From positions 64,001-128,000 of the IMG/VR virus record IMGVR_UViG_3300010334_000030: 64,000 bases of DNA. The stretch is one strand, 5' to 3'. Position 1 is the stretch's first letter. Each line of letters opens with the position of its first letter. The translations under genes and the position numbers were made by a program. The notes under the pieces were generated by a model that made no database searches, was not told the origin of the DNA, and saw only the letters and a list, made by a program, of their open reading frames with translations. Below, in pieces: positions 58,224 to 64,000 of this stretch. This stretch comes from a virus.

Positions 58224-60218
58224 TTATCTGTTTGTAAACTTTTTCTCTAAAGCAGAAGCTATGTAACTCATATAATCTGATGAGTAAGCTTGAGCTGCTT
58301 GAGATTGGTTGTTTGAAACCTCTTCGCTTTCTTGAAGCTTCTGAAGACCTACTGGGCTAGTTCCAAGTTGACGTGTTGACCAGAAATTTTTGATCTGGTA
58401 TGGGGTATCTAATCTATAGAAGTTAGACTGAGCAACAATTGATTGCTTGTGTCCTTCTGATAGTGATTCCCAAACCTGAGCATACTCTTCAGGCATTTCA
58501 TCAATAAATTTGAAACCTGTTTCATGTAAGTTCTCCTCTGATTCATTAAGCATTTGTTCTGCCTTTTGTTTGTTGGCGTTTTTAGCTAATCTATTAGCTG
58601 CTTCGTTTATATTCTCCTCAGTTTTTTTGGTTTGAACTGATTCAATTAGAGAGTCGATTTTTGATGAGATATCATCGTAGCTTCCTGCAAATCCAGATTC
58701 GTTAAGATCTGATTCAACTGTAAATTCTACGCTTTCTCTTAAGTTAGTTTGGTTGCTGTAAGGATTTCCCTTCTGTACTGATTCTGCAATATACTCACTG
58801 TAAGAAATTGATCTACTAAGTTTTTCTGCTAAGTACTCAGAATAATCTATGCCCTTATTTAGATTTTCTGCTAAATAGTCAGTATATTCAATACCTCTGT
58901 TTAGATTTTCTGCAACATACTCAGTATATTCAATGCCGTCATTTAATTTTTCGGCTAGGTACTCAGTATAAGCAACACCTTTATTTAGATTTTCTCCAAG
59001 ATACTCAGAATAAGAAATGTTATTATCAACATTCTCAGCTAAGTACTCAGAATATTGGATGTTTTGATCCAACTTCTCAGCTAAATACTTAGAGTACTCG
59101 ATATTATTATCTACGCTTTCTGCAACATATTCTGTGTAAGAGATTGACTTATCAACGTTCTCAGCTAAATACTTAGAATATGAAATTGACTTGTCAACGT
59201 TCTCAGCTAGGTATCTAGAATATGAAATTGACTTATCCAAATTCTCAGCTAAATATTTGCTATAAGTGATGCTATTGTCAAGATTCTCTGACAAATATTC
59301 GCCATACTTAATAGCGTTTTCTAAATTTTCAGCTAGGTAATCTGAATATTTTTCAAGTTTAGCAACTCTTTCTTCCAATTCGTAAGAATCGTTAGTGGGT
59401 TGTTTTTGTTCTTTTAAGTCTGCAATGACTGACTTCATAGAATCCATTTCTTTTTTCAAGAAAACTGAATACTTATTTAGCTCGTCTGCGGTAACAAATT
59501 CATTGTTCTCCATAAGGGCTTTCTTATTTTTATTATCCGTTTTGTTTATGATATTGTAAAATTCCTCATTATCAACTTTATATATCTTTAATGAAGATTC
59601 ATTTTCTAGACCTAGAGATTCATTTATACACTCAAGATCATTAGTTATGCTATTAGACTGGAAACTCTTAAATTCCTCTGAGCTAAACCCTGCGCTCTCG
59701 TACACTCTATCAAGCTGTGCATTTTGAAATCCAGGATCAGCAACTAGGTCATATGTGAAAATCTTTTTAATTTGAACCTTTTTGTCGTTACCAACTGAAC
59801 CTGCTGCTCTAGACGATATAGATAAAGGAATACCTGCATCCACAATTTTTTTTGCTACTTCTCCTGCTGGGGTATCTAAAAGTTTAACTTTAATTCTTAA
59901 AGTTTTGTCACCCTTATTATGAATTAAATCTGTAACAAGGTGAGAAATATTTTTAAGAGAAACATCAAATTTTTCAGGATGATCCAATTCACCAACTAAT
60001 CTTTTTTGATCTATCTTCTCTTTTAAATACTCAAGATGGGGAAGATACTCTTTTTCCTCGTATATTCTGTGGTTGTTGTTTTCTTTACCAAAAACCGCTG
60101 CAATACCCTCTAAAAGATATTCATTATCAGAAGACTTCTTTGACTCGAGAACAAAATCCTGCTTATCCAGGATAAACACCATTTGCTCAGTTAATAAATT
60201 ATCTTTCAATCTCGGCAT
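58224..60218 (-). CDS. gp21: Prohead maturation protease (T4 gp21-like) fused to scaffolding/core domain
   Basis: NNNHRIY, GELDHP, ISSRAAG, YDLVADPG catalytic motifs; C-terminal 14-aa heptad repeats. Confidence 0.92.
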   Translation of the reverse strand: MPRLKDNLLTEQMVFILDKQDFVLESKKSSDNEYLLEGIAAVFGKENNNHRIYEEKEYLPHLEYLKEKIDQKRLVGELDHPEKFDVSLKNISHLVTDLIHNKGDKTLRIKVKLLDTPAGEVAKKIVDAGIPLSISSRAAGSVGNDKKVQIKKIFTYDLVADPGFQNAQLDRVYESAGFSSEEFKSFQSNSITNDLECINESLGLENESSLKIYKVDNEEFYNIINKTDNKNKKALMENNEFVTADELNKYSVFLKKEMDSMKSVIADLKEQKQPTNDSYELEERVAKLEKYSDYLAENLENAIKYGEYLSENLDNSITYSKYLAENLDKSISYSRYLAENVDKSISYSKYLAENVDKSISYTEYVAESVDNNIEYSKYLAEKLDQNIQYSEYLAENVDNNISYSEYLGENLNKGVAYTEYLAEKLNDGIEYTEYVAENLNRGIEYTDYLAENLNKGIDYSEYLAEKLSRSISYSEYIAESVQKGNPYSNQTNLRESVEFTVESDLNESGFAGSYDDISSKIDSLIESVQTKKTEENINEAANRLAKNANKQKAEQMLNESEENLHETGFKFIDEMPEEYAQVWESLSEGHKQSIVAQSNFYRLDTPYQIKNFWSTRQLGTSPVGLQKLQESEEVSNNQSQAAQAYSSDYMSYIASALEKKFTNR
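58780..59348 (-). repeat. Coding tandem repeat, 14 x 42 bp (YSEYLAENLDKSIS)
   Basis: 14 consecutive Y[LVI][ASG]E units at 14-aa spacing. Confidence 0.95.
59579..59586 (-). promoter_or_regulatory. Putative internal late promoter GATATATA within protease gene
   Basis: Exact motif 66 nt upstream of in-frame ATG 59513 (Met236). Confidence 0.45.
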
Positions 60219-60244
60219 ATTATTAAGAATTTTTCTCTATTTAT

Positions 60245-60252
60245 TATATATC
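60245..60252 (-). promoter_or_regulatory. Putative late promoter GATATATA
   Basis: 27 nt upstream of protease ATG 60218. Confidence 0.65.
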
Positions 60253-60279
60253 AATCGTTGATTTGATTTTTCTGATATT

Positions 60280-62970
60280 TTACCCAATTTTTATTCTATC
60301 TTTAACTTCTTCTATGAATTTTTTGGCTATTTTGAAAGATTCACCGTCCTTTGATTTAAATCTCACCTTTTTATCCAAAAAATCAGCATAACCATTTCTG
60401 AGTTTAACCTCTACAACATTTCCTGCGCTATCATATATCTCCTTGGCAGAAGTTATATATTTCCAATTGGATATACCTAAAATGTTCTTTTCCTGATTAG
60501 TTAAAAATCTATCGATAATACTAACCCCATTTGGAACAGGGTTGTCAACTATAGTGGTGTCATCCTTTGTTGTCTTGATAGAAATGTCCCTTATGTTGGC
60601 CTTTACTGGCTCCCCTACATAATCTGGTGCTTTCTTCGGATTCTCCACTTTAGTAATATCTTTGGTAGTATCTTTAGTAATATCTTTGGTAATATCTTTG
60701 GTAGTATCTTTGGTAGGATCAACAGATTTTTCTTCAGGTCCCTTATCAGAATTTTGGTCTTGCTTGTTTGAATCATCTTCCTGTCTATATTCATAGATAC
60801 CAACTCTACAGTCATCAAGACGCTCGTCAGTGTTTATCGAGATCTCCACTTCACTTCCGTCACGAAGTCTATATGATTCACCGCCTATAAAAAAATGTTC
60901 AAATAATCCTAGTCCGTACCCCTTCTTTCCTCTTAGATCTGGATTTGCATACTCCTTGTTTGTTATATTGTAAACTGCAACAATAGCAGGACTACTTTTT
61001 TGTTCGGGTGTTAGCTCTATAACATCACCAGAATCTTCATTCTCATTTTCTAGGATCCCCTTGACTTTATCATGGAAATCGTTAAACTTCAATATTCCTT
61101 TACCTTCAAAAACCTGATTTATTTTTTCAGTGTAAAGGCTTTCATTTTTCATGTCTCCCCCGCCAACTTCAGCTATACCAAATACCACTTTAAGTTGCTC
61201 CTGTGTTAATTTAGAAAGCGTATCTGAACTAACTTTTTTACCTGTCACGTTCATGACATTGCCATCCAGATCCTTAAAATTAAAAGAGAATTCTTCTGGT
61301 GCATCAGGATCCGCTTTAAGTATCATATCCTCGGCAGAAGAGTAAGCTGACATAAGCTCCTGCCATCCACAATATCCATAGAAAAGAGAAGGGGATTGTG
61401 CTCCTGATATAATTCCATCAAAAAAAGCTCCCTGAGGTTTAAGATCATCGTTATCGAAAAAACCATGCTTAACATTGGTTGATTTAGGGAATGCCAGGAG
61501 GAGTGCATCATGTTGAGCTAGCTGTTTTGTCCAGGATTCAGAGTGGATTTGTGTTACTATAAAAAGAGATCCGTCGCTACCCTCCTTTATTTTTACCATC
61601 TCCATCGTGGTTCTTTTCTCTGTGTTTAAAAACACATCAAGTAAAATCTTCCATCCACTAGCTGTACCTTGGCTGTAACAAATAGTTATTGGATTACCTA
61701 TATCAATTTGACTTGGGATGAAAGTGTTATGCATCCCAGGGGTAGACTTAACCTCATTGTATCTTGGGGCTTGATTGTTCGCCAGCCAGACCCAAGTTGA
61801 TGCAATAACATCAAGACCTAATAGGACCTCACCAATTCCGCAAGCCATACTTGCTCCCCCTGCTGATACCAAACCTACAGTTTTCTCAACACCCCCAACA
61901 ACCTCTGATGCTGAAAGAGCATATCTTGCAGCACGAGCACTTTCAGATCCTACCTTAAAAGCCCATTTAGCTCCTGTAAAGAAATTTTTAAGTTTTTCAA
62001 CTCTAGAGACCTGACCTATATATTTACCCCACTCAACAGCTCCCCTCCCGCTACTTATAGCTTCTCTTGTATTTTTTAGAAGTGCAATATCCCTAGCACC
62101 TCCCCAGAGACTTTTAACCTTGCTTGAGAATTTACCCGCTTTAGCAACTTTCTCTGCATCCTTCGCTACCTCGGCGGCATTCTTTGTTGTTTTAACTATA
62201 TCAGCAACATTGTCAAGCTTTTGGACTACTGGCTTAATTAATCTTTTCATCCTCCAACGATAAAATATACCCTGAGCTACAAACGCAGCACCAGGTAGAA
62301 CGAATCCTTTTACTGCCCCAAATATTAACAGGCTGATCGCTCCCCACGCAGCAACCGTTGCTGCATTCTCCACAATTTTTTTGTATATTGACTCTGCAGT
62401 ATCGTTTTCTGAAACTGGGCCACCTGGAAGTGTTTCGGTAACATCTACAAGAGAAAGATTTGAGCCTGAGATATTTTTAGGACTCATTCTATATGCGGTA
62501 AGAGCCTCGTCTAGGATTTCACCTTTCTCATTTTTAAGAACTGCAAAAACTGCAATATCCTGTCCTGAAGATGAAAAGTTCAGGGTGTCTCTAATTCTTC
62601 CCTTTGACAATAAACTGTTATAAGCGTAATGTAATTTAGTTGCAGTTTTAATGGTATTGTCGTCAGCCGGTTGGACTTCACCCTCTTCAAATATTCTATT
62701 AGATTTAGAATACTCTGAAAAACTTAGTGTTTTTCTATCGGATGGGTTATTTGATTCTAAGAGCTCTTCATAATCTGATAAATCCAAAGACTCCGCTTTC
62801 CAATCTCTTGGATTTTTAGCTAACCATTTTTGAAAATCGTCAGAATAACACCACCATTGAAAATCTGAAAAGTTCATCTTTTCGGCACCTTCTATTTGAG
62901 TTGGTACAACAACTAGGGGTAAAGGATTTCCCTTTTCGTAATTCGCTTTTGAAGAATATATTGCTAGCAT
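60280..62970 (-). CDS. 896-aa protein with predicted transmembrane segments and internal capsid-targeting-like motifs
   Basis: AATVAAWGAISLLIFGAVKGFVLPGAAFVAQGIFYRWRMKR; GASMACGIGEVLLGLDVIASTWVWLA; KTLSFSEY..IFE; ILKFNDF..ILE. Confidence 0.7.
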   Translation of the reverse strand: MLAIYSSKANYEKGNPLPLVVVPTQIEGAEKMNFSDFQWWCYSDDFQKWLAKNPRDWKAESLDLSDYEELLESNNPSDRKTLSFSEYSKSNRIFEEGEVQPADDNTIKTATKLHYAYNSLLSKGRIRDTLNFSSSGQDIAVFAVLKNEKGEILDEALTAYRMSPKNISGSNLSLVDVTETLPGGPVSENDTAESIYKKIVENAATVAAWGAISLLIFGAVKGFVLPGAAFVAQGIFYRWRMKRLIKPVVQKLDNVADIVKTTKNAAEVAKDAEKVAKAGKFSSKVKSLWGGARDIALLKNTREAISSGRGAVEWGKYIGQVSRVEKLKNFFTGAKWAFKVGSESARAARYALSASEVVGGVEKTVGLVSAGGASMACGIGEVLLGLDVIASTWVWLANNQAPRYNEVKSTPGMHNTFIPSQIDIGNPITICYSQGTASGWKILLDVFLNTEKRTTMEMVKIKEGSDGSLFIVTQIHSESWTKQLAQHDALLLAFPKSTNVKHGFFDNDDLKPQGAFFDGIISGAQSPSLFYGYCGWQELMSAYSSAEDMILKADPDAPEEFSFNFKDLDGNVMNVTGKKVSSDTLSKLTQEQLKVVFGIAEVGGGDMKNESLYTEKINQVFEGKGILKFNDFHDKVKGILENENEDSGDVIELTPEQKSSPAIVAVYNITNKEYANPDLRGKKGYGLGLFEHFFIGGESYRLRDGSEVEISINTDERLDDCRVGIYEYRQEDDSNKQDQNSDKGPEEKSVDPTKDTTKDITKDITKDTTKDITKVENPKKAPDYVGEPVKANIRDISIKTTKDDTTIVDNPVPNGVSIIDRFLTNQEKNILGISNWKYITSAKEIYDSAGNVVEVKLRNGYADFLDKKVRFKSKDGESFKIAKKFIEEVKDRIKIG
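60649..60714 (-). repeat. 12-bp coding microsatellite (TKD[T/I])x5.5
   Basis: TKDTTKDITKDITKDTTKDITK. Confidence 0.9.
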
Positions 62971-62979
62971 TTAAAAAAA

Positions 62980-63777
62980 CTATTTTTCTGAGTAAATTTT
63001 ATTATAAGCCTCTGAGATCGTATCTATAATCTTTTCTATATATCCTTCATTTCTAAGCTTCTTAAAGGACAAATTTCCTATAGAGAACTCCCCGTCTTTT
63101 CTTAGAGATTCCTTTCTCATTTTTTGAATCTTCTCTTTGAGCTTTATTGCTCTTTTATAAAGTTTCTTAGCATCCGAAGGTAAAGTGCTCACAGTTAATT
63201 TTGTGTGGATCTGATCAATCTCATAAGCTATAGATTCAGTCTTTTTATTAACATCCGCTTCATCAACTTCTGGCGGGTCAAAAACTGGGGTCTTTATCCA
63301 TTCATTATTTAGAAGAGAAAAAAGACCAGAAGAATCGTGGATTAGACTTGAATCCTGAACGTACATCTCCACATCATATCCACGGATCTTTATATTGTGT
63401 CTAAGGTTCCAAATGAATCTAATTCCGTCAACAGCAGCTTTAACTATTTTTGGGTTATCCTCGTCTATGTCTTCTAAATTTACAATTACATGAACATCTA
63501 AGTCGGATAGTGGGGTATAGTTATAATTTGAGATAGATCCAGTTAACTGGATATCTATTATATCCTTCTGCTTTAGTATGTCCTCGAATTTTTCAAAGAA
63601 ATCGTTTGATATTCTAAGGAGCTTTCTTCTTACCCTCTGATCCATCTGCCAAGTAACCTTCCCTGACTTATCGGTCTTCTTAGTCCAAAATGTTGGATTT
63701 AGCTCATCATTATAGAAAGGACCTATTTTAGCCTCATTGACTTTATGATATTGATCGTATTGTAAAATTTGGGGCAA
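62980..63777 (-). CDS. Pol-beta superfamily nucleotidyltransferase (start probably TTG 63777 rather than 63804)
   Basis: LTGSISNYNYTPLSDLDVHV (GS...DxD) and YDVEMY; promoter motif overlaps the 63804 start. Confidence 0.8.
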   Translation of the reverse strand: MPQILQYDQYHKVNEAKIGPFYNDELNPTFWTKKTDKSGKVTWQMDQRVRRKLLRISNDFFEKFEDILKQKDIIDIQLTGSISNYNYTPLSDLDVHVIVNLEDIDEDNPKIVKAAVDGIRFIWNLRHNIKIRGYDVEMYVQDSSLIHDSSGLFSLLNNEWIKTPVFDPPEVDEADVNKKTESIAYEIDQIHTKLTVSTLPSDAKKLYKRAIKLKEKIQKMRKESLRKDGEFSIGNLSFKKLRNEGYIEKIIDTISEAYNKIYSEK

Positions 63778-63794
63778 TAAAAAAGACTTTCCTT

Positions 63795-63802
63795 TATATA
63801 TC
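63795..63802 (-). promoter_or_regulatory. Putative late promoter GATATATA inside an 11-bp inverted repeat
   Basis: Motif flanked by AAAAGACTTTC (63781-63791) and GAAAGTCTTTT (63807-63817). Confidence 0.6.
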
Positions 63803-63848
63803 AAAAGAAAGTCTTTTAAGTTTATATTCTAGAGGTAAACCCCTTTAA

Positions 63849-64000
63849 TTAAACTAGGGCTAACATAATTTTCATAACCGTATCAACGTCAGATTGACAG
63901 TATTCCTTTATTGACTCATAATCCTTCTTGTTCCAATAATAATCTCTAACCTGTGATCCGTCAAGATTTTCTTTCGGAGAGGATATCCCCAATGAGCACG
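63849..64000 (-). CDS. Partial (C-terminus) PolB-related 3'-5' exonuclease (DNA_pol_B_exo2-like)
   Basis: Read manually: CSLGISSPKENLDGSQVRDYYWNKKDYESIKEYCQSDVDTVMKIMLALV*; LGI.SPK..LDGSQV and ExoIII YCxxDV. Confidence 0.8.
   Translation of the reverse strand, partial: CSLGISSPKENLDGSQVRDYYWNKKDYESIKEYCQSDVDTVMKIMLALV

Noticed and set aside
2470-62623. Numerous short overlapping ORFs (e.g. 42169-42678, 52627-53079, 32385-36023 series)
   Set aside because: Antisense or alternate-frame shadows of long genes; those in the repeat region just reflect the periodicity
63778-63804. Supplied start (63804) of the nucleotidyltransferase
   Set aside because: Overlaps the promoter motif; TTG 63777 fits the leader pattern better
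1-64000. tRNA, rRNA, introns/inteins, integrase or transposase
   Set aside because: Intergenic gaps are short and none shows a cloverleaf or relevant motif; no such protein motifs recognised

Overview
Structural-gene region of a large (jumbo/huge) T4-superfamily myophage, almost entirely on the minus strand, AT-rich, standard genetic code, with no SD motifs; several clues point to a Bacteroidota host. In transcription order (right to left): a PolB-type 3'-5' exonuclease (partial), a Pol-beta-family nucleotidyltransferase, a membrane-segment protein, a prohead protease fused to a 14-aa-repeat scaffold, a gp23-like major capsid protein, a ~12-kb cluster of probable internal head proteins carrying capsid-targeting-like N-termini and (L/I/V)-x-E maturation sites (interrupted by an NMP kinase + asparagine-synthetase pair), a Nudix hydrolase, baseplate/tail genes (gp48/54-like, LysM/gp53-like, hub, a 1981-aa protein with ~58 23-aa repeats, gp5-like spike, gp13 neck, gp25, gp6, gp7-like), a ribosomal protein S1 homolog coupled to a degenerate amidoligase, PhoH and large fibre/baseplate-associated proteins. 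A recurrent GATATATA motif 8-45 nt upstream of genes is the probable late promoter. Most interesting: (1) an apparent protease-gated cargo system in which acidic, capsid-targeted propeptides mask cationic amphipathic helices, a peptidoglycan-binding domain and a nucleotidyltransferase; (2) a scaffold gene nested in the protease gene with its own promoter motif and 14 built-in cleavage sites; (3) an actively expanding 23/46-aa repeat protein in the baseplate module; (4) a G-x-T-G/A motif scattered through outward-facing virion proteins. All functional calls come from motif recognition only; no database searches were run.
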